Positions 42,008-51,251 of a stretch of 64,000 nucleotides of DNA are shown one piece after another. The notes beneath the pieces were generated by a model. That model did not search any database and had not been told where the DNA came from. It saw nothing but the letters and a program-made list of their open reading frames with translations. The translations under genes and the position numbers were made by a program. Source of the stretch: Deferribacterales bacterium (lineage in GTDB: Bacteria > Chrysiogenota > Deferribacteres > Deferribacterales > Geovibrionaceae). Numbering within the stretch: position 1 is the stretch's first letter; each line of letters opens with the position of its first letter. The stretch is from contig JBFWJS010000004.1 in NCBI GenBank assembly GCA_050253075.1, positions 96,001 through 160,000 of the forward strand. The letters are read 5' to 3'.

Positions 42008-45000
42008 TCAGACAGCGGGTATTTTGATCAGTTCACCGATAAAAGTAATTGCCTTGTCCAGCACCCTCTGCTCCTTTTCAAAAAAGAGCGATAAAGTGAA
42101 CTCATTCTCAAATTTCGACCCTGCCCCTGCCTTCTGTATGGATTCCATGATCCGCTGAGGGTTCACGGGAGTGCCTTTGGTGAACACCATCTTCAGCTTA
42201 TTGCTGTATATGAACATTTTCTCCATATTGGCAAATCCTGCCAGTTTCTTTATCAGCATGATCCGACCGAGGTTTTCCGTCTCTTCCTTCAGCTCGCCGT
42301 AAAGCTCCGACAGCTCGTTCAGTATCTCGTACACGCCTTCCATATCCTCCTGTTCGGAGAATTTGCGGTAGTAATCAAGGCGTATCTTCGTGTCCTCGAT
42401 ATAGTCTGCGGGGATAAAGTGAGGTATCGACGTGATAACCTCTGTATCTGCCGAAATGCTGGCGATACCTTTCAGGTCTTTAACAGCCTCGTCTATCATG
42501 GCGATGAAGAGCTCATAGCCCACCTTCACCATGAAGCCCGACTGGTCTGCCCCCAGCAGGTCTCCCGCTCCTCTGAGCTGAAGGTCGTAAAAGGCGATCT
42601 TCACCCCGCTGCCGAGGTCTGAAAGCTGCTGGATTATCTTCAGCCTCTTCTGTGCGACCTCCGTCAGTGCGGAGAACTGCTCGACTATGAGGTAGCAATA
42701 CCCACGTCTGCCCGATCTGCCCACACGTCCTTTGAGCTGATATATCTGCGCCAGCCCGAGGTGGGCGGCGTCGTTTATGATTATGGTATTCGCATTTGCG
42801 ATGTCTATTCCGTTTTCGATGATGGCAGTACAAACAAGCACGTCTGTCTCACCAGAATAAAACTTCATCAATATCTTTTCAAGCTCGCTGCTGCTCATCT
42901 GCCCGTGGGCAATGGCCACAGATGCGCCTGGGAGCATATTCTTCACGCCTGCCGCTATCTGGGTGATGTTCTCCACCCTGTTATGCAGGAAAAAGACCTG
43001 TCCGCCACGCTCAAGCTCACGCTGAATGGCGTTCTTGACCTCCATATCCCTCTTTATCACCTTTGTGATGACAGGCAGTCTGTCCACAGGGGGCGTATCG
43101 ATGGTGGATATGTCACGTATCCCCGAAAGGGATAGCTGAAGTGTACGGGGGATAGGCGTTGCGGAGAGATAAAGCACATCCACGTTACTGCGCATTGCCT
43201 TTATCTTTTCCTTATGGGCGACGCCGAAGCGCTGCTCCTCATCTATTATCAGCAGACCGAGGTCCTGAAATTCTATCTCTTTCGACAGCATCTTGTGCGT
43301 GCCTATCAGTATGTCCAGATTACCCTTAGAGAGCTTCTGCAGTATCTCACGGGTGTCCTTCGCACTGCGGAAACGGCTGACATAGTCCACACTGACGGGC
43401 ATATCGCCGAATCGCTTGTGAAATGTAAGGTAATGCTGACGGGCAAGGACAGTCGTAGGCACAAGCACAGCGACCTGCTTCCCGCCTGCGACGGCTTTAC
43501 ATGCGGCACGCATCGCCACCTCTGTCTTGCCGAAGCCGACATCGCCGCAAACTAGCCTTTCCATAGGCATGCTCGCCTCCATGTCGCTGTATACGTCATG
43601 GATAGCTGCGAGCTGATCGTCTGTCTCGTCATATTCAAATTTATGTTCGAACTCATCGAGCATCTGCCCGTCGTCCGTGAATGAGAATCCCTTCTCCACC
43701 TTACGCTGTGCATAAAGTTTCAGAAGGTCCATAGCTATCTTTTTCGCTCTGGCCTTCGCCTGCGCTTTCACCTTTTTCCACTGCTGAGTCTGCAGTGAGC
43801 TTATTCGTGGGCGGGAGCCTTCCTGACCTATATATTTCTGTATCTGACCGATGGATGAAAGGGGCACATAGAGGAATTCGTTATTATCGTATTCCAGCTG
43901 GATAAAGTCCCCTTCGACACCGCCGATGCTCTGGTGCACCAGCCCGACGTATATACCGATACCGTAATCCACATGGACGACATGGTCGCCCGCCTCGAGG
44001 TCGGATATTGTTGTGGAATACAGCTCTTTCTTTCCACGTTTCGGTCTTTTCTTTGCAGTGCCGAAGATGTCTTCGTCGGTGAAAACGGCAAACATGAGCT
44101 TGTCGTCGACGAATCCTCCACGGAACTTTTCAGGGTGCAGATAAAGCCCTGCCTTATCCACCTCTTTATATTTTGCAACCTCTAGGGGTATGTAAGCGTA
44201 ATCTTTTGAGAATTCAGTGAAAAGTTTTGCAAGTCTGTCACTTTCAATGGAGCAGAGCACCCTGTATCCGTCCGAAGTATAGCCCTTTATGATGTCCATA
44301 GCAGAGGACATGGACTGATACAGATTTCCCTTTTTCCCTGCGAAGATCATGGCACTGCTTTTGTATCTCATGGTCTCGGATTCGGCTGTGGTGATGTCGG
44401 CCATGATGTTCACTTTTTCGGGAGGCATATGCAGGAGCATACGTGATGGAGCAATGAAATTATTCCTCCAAAAATTTTCGCCCTCTGGTATCTTATCATC
44501 TATTAAAACACGGAAATCTGTGAAAATTGTTCTGAAATCTTCTGTGAAAAATAAGAGATTGTAATCCTCTCCCACATAGTCCACAAAGGACTCCATATTA
44601 TGCACCGCAGGGGTCAGCCAGTGACAGCCTGCGTATTTGCCGTAGAGCTCGATCTTATCTTTGATATCAGTGTCGATGATGTTCTTCATCAGGTCGTCCA
44701 CGTCGAAAAGAGCCTCGGACGCAGGGAGCAGTCTCACGCTGTCAGCCGTCTTTTTCGTGCGGCGTGTGCGTGTATCCACATATGCTATCCGCTCCGCCTC
44801 ATCGTCAAAGAACTCTATCAGGCACGGCATGTCGCTGTCAGCGGGGAAGACCTCTAAGGTATCGCCTCGGAATGCGTATTCACCCGCACCTTCCACCATC
44901 TCGACATTTACGTATCCGCTGTAGCCGAGTATATATTCCAGCTCTTCACGCTCATAGCTTTTACCCGCCACGATGTCAGCCGTGGCAGATGCAAAGACAT

Positions 45001-45319
45001 CCTTCGGAGGCAGACTTTTCAGCAGTCCGTACGGAGTGGTGACAACTATGCAGCTCTCTTTGCTGTTTAAAAGGAAATCTAGGGTCGAGGCACGCCTGGC
45101 GAAAACCTCGGGGAGGACACGGGCCTCCTCGTATGGATCCTGCGTGTATTCGGGGAAACCGAGTACACGAACACCCGAAAAGAAGAATTCAGCCTCCTGC
45201 AGGATGAGCTCATACTCACGTTTATTACCTGCGACAAGTATGCTCACACGCCCTTTAGGTCGGTTGTTTAGGAAGTGCCAAACGGACGAACACCCCCACA
45301 GGCTGCTTAAAACTGACAT
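42008..45319 (-). CDS. mfd: Transcription-repair coupling factor
   Basis: GDVGFGKTEV, DEEQRFGV, SATPIPRTL, QLKGRVGR. Confidence 0.96.
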   Translation of the reverse strand: MSVLSSLWGCSSVWHFLNNRPKGRVSILVAGNKREYELILQEAEFFFSGVRVLGFPEYTQDPYEEARVLPEVFARRASTLDFLLNSKESCIVVTTPYGLLKSLPPKDVFASATADIVAGKSYEREELEYILGYSGYVNVEMVEGAGEYAFRGDTLEVFPADSDMPCLIEFFDDEAERIAYVDTRTRRTKKTADSVRLLPASEALFDVDDLMKNIIDTDIKDKIELYGKYAGCHWLTPAVHNMESFVDYVGEDYNLLFFTEDFRTIFTDFRVLIDDKIPEGENFWRNNFIAPSRMLLHMPPEKVNIMADITTAESETMRYKSSAMIFAGKKGNLYQSMSSAMDIIKGYTSDGYRVLCSIESDRLAKLFTEFSKDYAYIPLEVAKYKEVDKAGLYLHPEKFRGGFVDDKLMFAVFTDEDIFGTAKKRPKRGKKELYSTTISDLEAGDHVVHVDYGIGIYVGLVHQSIGGVEGDFIQLEYDNNEFLYVPLSSIGQIQKYIGQEGSRPRISSLQTQQWKKVKAQAKARAKKIAMDLLKLYAQRKVEKGFSFTDDGQMLDEFEHKFEYDETDDQLAAIHDVYSDMEASMPMERLVCGDVGFGKTEVAMRAACKAVAGGKQVAVLVPTTVLARQHYLTFHKRFGDMPVSVDYVSRFRSAKDTREILQKLSKGNLDILIGTHKMLSKEIEFQDLGLLIIDEEQRFGVAHKEKIKAMRSNVDVLYLSATPIPRTLQLSLSGIRDISTIDTPPVDRLPVITKVIKRDMEVKNAIQRELERGGQVFFLHNRVENITQIAAGVKNMLPGASVAIAHGQMSSSELEKILMKFYSGETDVLVCTAIIENGIDIANANTIIINDAAHLGLAQIYQLKGRVGRSGRRGYCYLIVEQFSALTEVAQKRLKIIQQLSDLGSGVKIAFYDLQLRGAGDLLGADQSGFMVKVGYELFIAMIDEAVKDLKGIASISADTEVITSIPHFIPADYIEDTKIRLDYYRKFSEQEDMEGVYEILNELSELYGELKEETENLGRIMLIKKLAGFANMEKMFIYSNKLKMVFTKGTPVNPQRIMESIQKAGAGSKFENEFTLSLFFEKEQRVLDKAITFIGELIKIPAV

Positions 45320-45321
45320 AA

Positions 45322-45903
45322 TTAACCGGCGAATTTACCGAACATTATTTCATCTACAAGCTGACAGATGATGTGCGCTGCCGCTATGTGTATCTCCTGA
45401 ATACGGCCTGTATTTTCCGATGGAGACTGAAAGAGCAGGTCGCAAAGGCCTTTCATCTTTCCGCCGTCTCTGCCGGTGAAGCCGATGATCTTCATATTGC
45501 CTCTGGCCGCTTCACGGAGGGCACGAACCACATTCTCGGAATTACCGCTGGTGGATATACCCCACACAAGGTCGTCTTCGTTACCGAGGGCGGACACCTG
45601 TTTTATGAATATATCGTTGAACTCGTAGTCGTTGCCTATGGATGTGAGTATCGACGTATCGGTGGTGAAAGCTATCGCAGGAAGGGGCGGACGCTCCATC
45701 TTATACCTGTTTACAAACTCGGCTGCGATGTGCTGAGCGTCGGAAGCCGAGCCTCCGTTGCCGAATATCATCAGCTTACCGCCATTAATGAAGCACTGGG
45801 CTATCTCTGTGGCGATGGCTATCAGCACGGGGGCAGACTCAGCGATGAATCTGTTCTGCGTTTCACGCATCTCGTCGAATATATCTGAAATGTATTTTTC
45901 CAT
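45322..45903 (-). CDS. gmhA: Phosphoheptose isomerase
   Basis: GNGGSASDAQH, STSGNS, RIQEIH. Confidence 0.95.
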   Translation of the reverse strand: MEKYISDIFDEMRETQNRFIAESAPVLIAIATEIAQCFINGGKLMIFGNGGSASDAQHIAAEFVNRYKMERPPLPAIAFTTDTSILTSIGNDYEFNDIFIKQVSALGNEDDLVWGISTSGNSENVVRALREAARGNMKIIGFTGRDGGKMKGLCDLLFQSPSENTGRIQEIHIAAAHIICQLVDEIMFGKFAG

Positions 45904-45960
45904 AAAAATTACCTTTAAATTTCTATACTTATTACAGTATTTTCCAATTAAATAAAAATA

Positions 45961-46560
45961 TCAATAGCTAACAGGAGGACGGGTCATTATAAAATATTCA
46001 GTGCTTGTCAAAGGCTCTGTGAATGATGCAGATTCCGCATATCCCAGCCTTTTATAGAAAGACATGTTCCTCGGAGTGAATGTCTCCAGATATGTCGGGA
46101 CGCCTGCCTCGTCGGCCTCTTTCAGCACACTTTCCACCAATCCGACACCGAGCCCCTGCCCCTGATATTCGGGGAGTACGCCCAGTATCGAGAGATACCA
46201 GTATTCATCCGTGACAGCCTCTTCCGCCCTCGCAGACATGAATTCCACGATGGTTTTATAAGTGTCCAGACTCCCCTTCCCCATGTGCTCCATGATAAAG
46301 CTCTTTTTAAGTGAGGAACGCTCCGCCTCACGCTCTGCACTGAGCGGCTTTGACCATATGGACACCCCGCACCTGTGGGACTGCGGTATATACAGCCTGC
46401 CGTACTCGGCCGCCTCTTTCATCGAAAAGTCCATATACCTCAGCATTGCTTCCTTACCGTCGCCGTCGGCACTGTTTTCCATAGCGATGTAAAAAGCATC
46501 CTCTTTCAGCGCATGATACAGCGCTTCGGCGAGGTCGGGATAGTGAAAAACATAAGACAT
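45961..46560 (-). CDS. GNAT acetyltransferase
   Basis: YLSILGVLPEYQGQGLG, YLET, FYKRLGY. Confidence 0.9.
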   Translation of the reverse strand: MSYVFHYPDLAEALYHALKEDAFYIAMENSADGDGKEAMLRYMDFSMKEAAEYGRLYIPQSHRCGVSIWSKPLSAEREAERSSLKKSFIMEHMGKGSLDTYKTIVEFMSARAEEAVTDEYWYLSILGVLPEYQGQGLGVGLVESVLKEADEAGVPTYLETFTPRNMSFYKRLGYAESASFTEPLTSTEYFIMTRPPVSY

Positions 46561-46689
46561 AAATGCTCCGTCATATTATTGATAACCAATATTTATCTCA
46601 GCCGTGAGAAATCCGCAAGCCATTAAACCTGCATATCCTAACAAAAAAAATCATTGACACTAAACTCGATATAGTTTATTTGAACTTAT

Positions 46690-46773
46690 ATGAATAACAG
46701 GACAAATTTCGAACTTAACTTTTTTGGTTTCTTTTTTAGCTGGTATTTTAGCACTAGGAGTGTAGCCGTATAA
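46690..46773 (+). CDS. Aromatic-rich attenuator leader peptide, 27 aa (not in ORF track)
   Basis: MNNRTNFELNFFGFFFSWYFSTRSVAV; lies between a TTGACA promoter element and a terminator upstream of DAHP synthase. Confidence 0.85.
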   Translation: MNNRTNFELNFFGFFFSWYFSTRSVAV

Positions 46774-46806
46774 GTTCGACCTGTTGACAGAATAATAAGA
46801 TTAAAC

Positions 46807-46850
46807 AGGCCGCAGCGGCTTCACTTTCGAAGCTGTTGCGGCCTTTTTTT
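46807..46850 (+). terminator. Attenuator terminator hairpin in the DAHP synthase leader
   Basis: AGGCCGCAGCGGCTTC / GAAGCTGTTGCGGCCT (two G-U pairs) plus T-run. Confidence 0.85.
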
Positions 46851-46930
46851 GTGCCTATCAGCATAGGCAGGCACACCGGAGAGCGCATTTTGTACCGCCA
46901 CTCTTCACAGCTCACGATGCTCGCATAAGA

Positions 46931-46966
46931 GTCATTGCGAGGAGCAGAAGGCGACACGGCAATCTC
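46931..46966. repeat. Intergenic repeat, left half-copy
   Basis: GTCATTGCGAGGAGCAGAAGGCGACACGGCAATCTC. Confidence 0.7.
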
Positions 46967-47022
46967 CGGGTTTACAAGGGAAATTAGATTTAGGTTTTTA
47001 AATAAAAATACGGAGGATCAAA

Positions 47023-48042
47023 ATGATCGTAGTAATGAAGATCGGAGCAACAAAGGATGAAATGGCTAAAGTGACTCAGTCTGCTGAGGAGCTTGGTTTC
47101 TCCACACACATCATCGAGGGTAAAGAGCGCAACGTTATCGGGCTTGTCGGCGTTTCCGGACAGAGAGACAAGGTAAACGTTATCTGGCAGCTCCCCGGTG
47201 TTGAAAACATCGTACCAATAAGCAAACCTTACAAGCTCTCCAGCAAAGAGGTTAAGCGTGAGCCCAGCATCATTGATGTCTGCGGTGTAAAATTCGGCGG
47301 AGAGGATGTGCCCGTCATAGCGGGGCCATGTTCCGTAGAGAGCGAATTACAGGTTATCAAAACTGCTGAATTCATCAAAGCAGGGGGCGCAAAGATGCTC
47401 CGTGGAGGCGCATTCAAACCGAGAACATCTCCATACTCTTTCCAGGGTCTCGAAGAGGACGGCCTGAAGATACTCGCTAAAGCAAGGGAAGAGACAGGTC
47501 TGCCTATCGTCACAGAGGTCACAAACCCGAAATACGTCGATATGGTATACAAGTACGCAGATATGTTTCAGGTGGGTGCGAGAAACGTTCAGAACTTCGC
47601 CCTGCTCTCCGAACTCGGTAAAACAGATAAGCCCGTGCTGCTGAAAAGAGGCATGTCCACAACGATAGAGGAATACCTTAACGCATGTGAGTACATCCTT
47701 TCCGAAGGGAACAGCAAAGTTATCCTTTGCGAGAGAGGACTCAGAACATTTGAAACAGCCACAAGAAACACGCTCGACATCAGCGCCGTGCCTGTTATAA
47801 AGGAAAAGTCCCACCTGCCTATCATCATAGACCCAAGCCATGCGGCAGGTCACTGGCAGTATGTAGGCCCTCTGTCTAAGGCGGCTGTTGCTATCGGCGC
47901 AGACGGTCTCATCATAGAGGTTCACCCCGAGCCTGAAAAAGCATGGTCAGACGGCGCACAGTCTCTGACACCTACACAGTTCCTCGAGCTGATGGGCAGC
48001 ATGCGTTCTATCGCCCTCGCAGTAGGACGTACAATAGGCTGA
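47023..48042 (+). CDS. aroF: DAHP synthase type I-beta with N-terminal regulatory domain
   Basis: IAGPCSVE, GGAFKPRTSPYSFQG, DPSH. Confidence 0.95.
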   Translation: MIVVMKIGATKDEMAKVTQSAEELGFSTHIIEGKERNVIGLVGVSGQRDKVNVIWQLPGVENIVPISKPYKLSSKEVKREPSIIDVCGVKFGGEDVPVIAGPCSVESELQVIKTAEFIKAGGAKMLRGGAFKPRTSPYSFQGLEEDGLKILAKAREETGLPIVTEVTNPKYVDMVYKYADMFQVGARNVQNFALLSELGKTDKPVLLKRGMSTTIEEYLNACEYILSEGNSKVILCERGLRTFETATRNTLDISAVPVIKEKSHLPIIIDPSHAAGHWQYVGPLSKAAVAIGADGLIIEVHPEPEKAWSDGAQSLTPTQFLELMGSMRSIALAVGRTIG

Positions 48043-48054
48043 TAATATATCGGA

Positions 48055-48082
48055 TTTCCCCCTTCGGCTAAGAAGGGGGAAA
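48055..48082. terminator. Hairpin after aroF
   Basis: TTTCCCCCTTC-GGCTAA-GAAGGGGGAAA. Confidence 0.65.
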
Positions 48083-48129
48083 CATTTACGCCGCTGATAA
48101 ATCTTTTTTAAAAAGTTATGAAATAGATA

Positions 48130-48158
48130 TTGACAACGAAGGCGTTTTTCGATATTTT
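48130..48158 (+). promoter_or_regulatory. Sigma70 promoter of tRNA-Phe
   Basis: TTGACA-17bp-TATTTT. Confidence 0.6.
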
Positions 48159-48188
48159 TAGACCTCGCTTTTGAGAGCAACCTAAATT

Positions 48189-48264
48189 GCCCAGGTAGCT
48201 CAGTCGGTAGAGCAGGGGACTGAAAATCCCCGTGTCGATGGTTCGATTCCGTCCCTGGGCACCA
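48189..48264 (+). tRNA. tRNA-Phe(GAA)
   Basis: GCCCAGG...CCTGGGCACCA; loop CTGAAAA; CCA encoded. Confidence 0.97.
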
Positions 48265-48293
48265 TTTTTTATAATACTATCAATGATTTACAC

Positions 48294-48326
48294 AAAGACT
48301 AGTGTTTCGGCACTGGTCTTTTTTTT
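48294..48326 (+). terminator. Terminator after tRNA-Phe
   Basis: AAAGACTAGTG-TTTCGG-CACTGGTCTTT plus T-run. Confidence 0.75.
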
Positions 48327-48345
48327 GTGGTACACTCGTGGTACA
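48327..48345. repeat. Tandem GTGGTACA direct repeat, candidate integrase arm-type sites
   Basis: GTGGTACA-CTC-GTGGTACA about 60 bp inside the island edge. Confidence 0.6.
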
Positions 48346-48438
48346 TTTTTGATTGAGATCTTGTGGTTAGGATTGGTTAAAAGTAGTGTATTATGAAATG
48401 TTTAGCCTTTGTTAAAGCATGAGTAATATAACATAGAG

Positions 48439-48825
48439 CTATTTTTCTAAAATATTGATAGATTTCGCCACCAAATATTCTGGAAATAATTCTAAGCTAA
48501 ATCCATTAATAATCAGATATATCTTCTTTTCAACTTCATTGAGTTTCGGATAAATCTCATCATTCAAGAATCCTTCATCCACTAAGTTCTTTAGTTTAAG
48601 GTCTCTTTCGGCTAAATCTTCCTCAAGCTCTTCTTTAGAATTAAACTCGCTGCCATTTATTAAAATACAAGCGACTAAATTCTTATATATTTCATCGTCA
48701 GTATTGACTGAATCTACCGTGTCTTGATAAATCTTCTTAAATGTATTCTTAGCTGATCTATCTTTGAAAAAGATCACAGCTGATACTCCGATGATAACCA
48801 TTACAAACATAGTTACTAATTTCAT
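48439..48825 (-). CDS. Hypothetical membrane-anchored protein
   Basis: GAGG RBS; N-terminal TM segment. Confidence 0.65.
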   Translation of the reverse strand: MKLVTMFVMVIIGVSAVIFFKDRSAKNTFKKIYQDTVDSVNTDDEIYKNLVACILINGSEFNSKEELEEDLAERDLKLKNLVDEGFLNDEIYPKLNEVEKKIYLIINGFSLELFPEYLVAKSINILEK

Positions 48826-48895
48826 ATTCTTGACCTCGCTATAAACTTTCCCAATTATGAATTAACTCAAAATAAATCGCCACTGAATTGGTCGG

Positions 48896-49231
48896 CTATC
48901 TGTCTAATTCTAGTTCCAATTCAATAATTCTTTCCTCTAGCTCATTAATTTTCTCTTCTAGCGTTGTTGCCTCATCGAAAGTGTTTTTGTTACTTATGTT
49001 TTGATAAACTTTGTTGAAATGGAAATTGGCTTCTAATGTATTTAAATGGTTTTGGAATGAATTTGATTCTATGCTGAAAATCAAGTATCCAATAACTACA
49101 TATAATCCATACTCGAAATAAATTATCATTAATATAGCAATAATTAGCTTAATTGCAGTAAATGAAATAATGCTAAAATATTTGCTATCCTTTTTTGATT
49201 GGATATTAATGTCATAATCAAGCATAAACAC
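48896..49231 (-). CDS. Hypothetical membrane protein with C-terminal coiled coil
   Basis: AGGAG RBS before GTG; hydrophobic middle, LEEKINELEERI. Confidence 0.6.
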   Translation of the reverse strand: MFMLDYDINIQSKKDSKYFSIISFTAIKLIIAILMIIYFEYGLYVVIGYLIFSIESNSFQNHLNTLEANFHFNKVYQNISNKNTFDEATTLEEKINELEERIIELELELDR

Positions 49232-49324
49232 GCTCCTACGAATTTATTACTTAAATCATAACTCATATTTTACATAATTGTGTATTTGATTGTACTTATG
49301 CTATTATCAATGTGAGGTATTGAT

Positions 49325-49996
49325 ATGGAATTAACAAAAATCATGATGTTGGTATGTTTCGCACTCGTTTTGGTTTCATGTGGCAGTAGGTATGGACTAG
49401 ATGTTACAGGATATGGCGATATTAGTAATGAAATAAAAACTTATGATGTTGCATTAACACCACAGCTGAAAAAAGACCTCGAATATATGGAATATGTGAA
49501 GTTGCTTGATAATAAAATGAGATGTCTGGGGTGGACTAAAACAACTGACAATCCTATATACCTTGTGCATCTTCAAGCTGGAATTGATGGAGGACGTAAT
49601 TCTACCTCTGCTGTACCAATATTTGGGCAAACAGGTGGTGGCTCAAGTTATACTACTGGTTCTTTTAATACAACAAGCACATATGGAACGTACACAGCGC
49701 GAACAACTTACTCTCCAAGTTTCGGAATGGTAGGAGTATTACCTGTAAATGTAACAACCTATACTCGATATGTTACGATATCCTTATATGATCCGACTAA
49801 TAGTACAGAAACTCCTGTATGGATGGGAAAAACCATTAGTAGAGGGTCAACGGGAGTCCTAAACAAAGTAATGCCTGTGTTGATGGAGTATACAGTTAAA
49901 GAAATTGGTAAAAGTACTAATGGAACAAAAAGTTTTACTGTAACATTATCTGAAAAAGACGTTGAGCAGCTACGAACAACCTGTAGTGTCAGGTAA
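49325..49996 (+). CDS. Lipoprotein (DUF4136-like)
   Basis: GAGG RBS; lipobox LVSC; YTRYVTISLYD...VWMG. Confidence 0.75.
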   Translation: MELTKIMMLVCFALVLVSCGSRYGLDVTGYGDISNEIKTYDVALTPQLKKDLEYMEYVKLLDNKMRCLGWTKTTDNPIYLVHLQAGIDGGRNSTSAVPIFGQTGGGSSYTTGSFNTTSTYGTYTARTTYSPSFGMVGVLPVNVTTYTRYVTISLYDPTNSTETPVWMGKTISRGSTGVLNKVMPVLMEYTVKEIGKSTNGTKSFTVTLSEKDVEQLRTTCSVR

Positions 49997-49998
49997 TT

Positions 49999-50027
49999 CT
50001 ACTCAGCCCATTTTTCGTTCTAAATTG
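49999..50027 (+). repeat. 29-bp arm-spacer-arm site A
   Basis: CTACTCAGCC-CATTTTTCG-TTCTAAATTG. Confidence 0.65.
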
Positions 50028-50124
50028 AATCTCGCCCAATTCTGTCCAAAACTTATAAAAATTCAGTAACTGCATCCTGTAATAATGAACAATAAATATG
50101 TATTTGCTCGTTAGTGGTGCTTAC

Positions 50125-50178
50125 GTGAAAATCATTAAGAACTTAAAAGACGACAATGTAGAAATATATCAGCGAGGA
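50125..50178 (+). pseudogene. 5' remnant of a second copy of the island integrase
   Basis: VKIIKNLKDDNVEIYQRG vs integrase MKIIKSLQDGDVALYQRG (12/18 counting the shared GTG start). Confidence 0.75.
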
Positions 50179-50188
50179 ATATTCCTCG
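50173..50188. repeat. GAGGAATATTCCTC palindrome copy 1
   Basis: CGAGGAATATTCCTCG. Confidence 0.9.
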
Positions 50189-50338
50189 TTGAACAGATTA
50201 TTATTATGTTCAAACTGTTCATAGATTGTTACAATATCACACTGAAAATCACTTATGATGTTACGGCTATCTGTATCATGATAGTCATATTATATTTCGT
50301 TGGTAAAAGCACAAAAGAGATGAAGGTAAAGTTGAGCT

Positions 50339-51118
50339 ATGACATCTGAAAAATTTGGTTATTCTGAAAAATCATCTAAAGAGATAATGCATATTTTCTG
50401 GAAAAATTTGCAAAAAGATCCTAAGAACAGAAAATTTCTGTTTTTCTACATTATGATAAGTGAGAAACAGTGCTTCACAAGTAATGAAAGTTTCATGCAC
50501 ATTTTAGAAATGATACCTGCTCTAACCCCAGAGCAAGAAATAAAAGACTTATATATTGAATTGCTTGCAGTTATAAAAAAAATAATGCCAGATACAGGGC
50601 TAACAAACAAAGAGGAACTGGTTAATAATTGTCTCGAAAATCCTGAACTTATAACAAGTATGACAGAAGTAGCAAAAGAAGATAGAGACTATTACGATGC
50701 ATTAAAAGAAGTTATCAGGATTTATATCGAAGATGTTGACCTTGACGTATCACAGATACCTTTCAAAACACAAGTAGCATTCTTAGACTGTTTTTCCGAA
50801 ACTCAAAAAGCACCTATAAGCAAAAAGAAAAATTTGATCCGAACGGATTACAGAAAAGCTTTTTCCGTATGGGCATTAAACGCATTTTTTGGGATAAACC
50901 CAACAAGAAATGACAAAACAGATCGGAATACTAATCCATGTGGATGTGATTTTGTCGCAGATGCTGAAAATTGTAAGTACGGTGAAATAAAAGAGCTTTG
51001 GTTCGATCATAAATTTAAGTTTTACCGTATGTCTGAGATCGAAGATATTTCATACATAATTAAAGATAAAGAAAATAACAAAACTTTATTTTCTCTGGGT
51101 TCAGGGCTAAGTAAGTAG
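50339..51118 (+). CDS. Hypothetical protein, paralog 1
   Basis: Colinear similarity to 51252..52052. Confidence 0.8.
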   Translation: MTSEKFGYSEKSSKEIMHIFWKNLQKDPKNRKFLFFYIMISEKQCFTSNESFMHILEMIPALTPEQEIKDLYIELLAVIKKIMPDTGLTNKEELVNNCLENPELITSMTEVAKEDRDYYDALKEVIRIYIEDVDLDVSQIPFKTQVAFLDCFSETQKAPISKKKNLIRTDYRKAFSVWALNAFFGINPTRNDKTDRNTNPCGCDFVADAENCKYGEIKELWFDHKFKFYRMSEIEDISYIIKDKENNKTLFSLGSGLSK

Positions 51119-51130
51119 CTTTATATCATC

Positions 51131-51144
51131 GAGGAATATTCCTC
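51131..51144. repeat. GAGGAATATTCCTC palindrome copy 2
   Basis: GAGGAATATTCCTC starting 13 bp after the paralog 1 stop. Confidence 0.85.
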
Positions 51145-51251
51145 TCTGCCCAAGACACAAGTTACTTATGAACGCCTTGCTGACTCATAAGAGAAGACAT
51201 ATGAAGCAGTGTTGAATTGACTAATAGATAATTTCTGAGAGGCAAGCCAAT

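Noticed and set aside
50098..50349. 83-aa ORF as a genuine gene
   Set aside because: Better explained as an integrase 5' remnant running through the palindrome into AT-rich intergenic DNA
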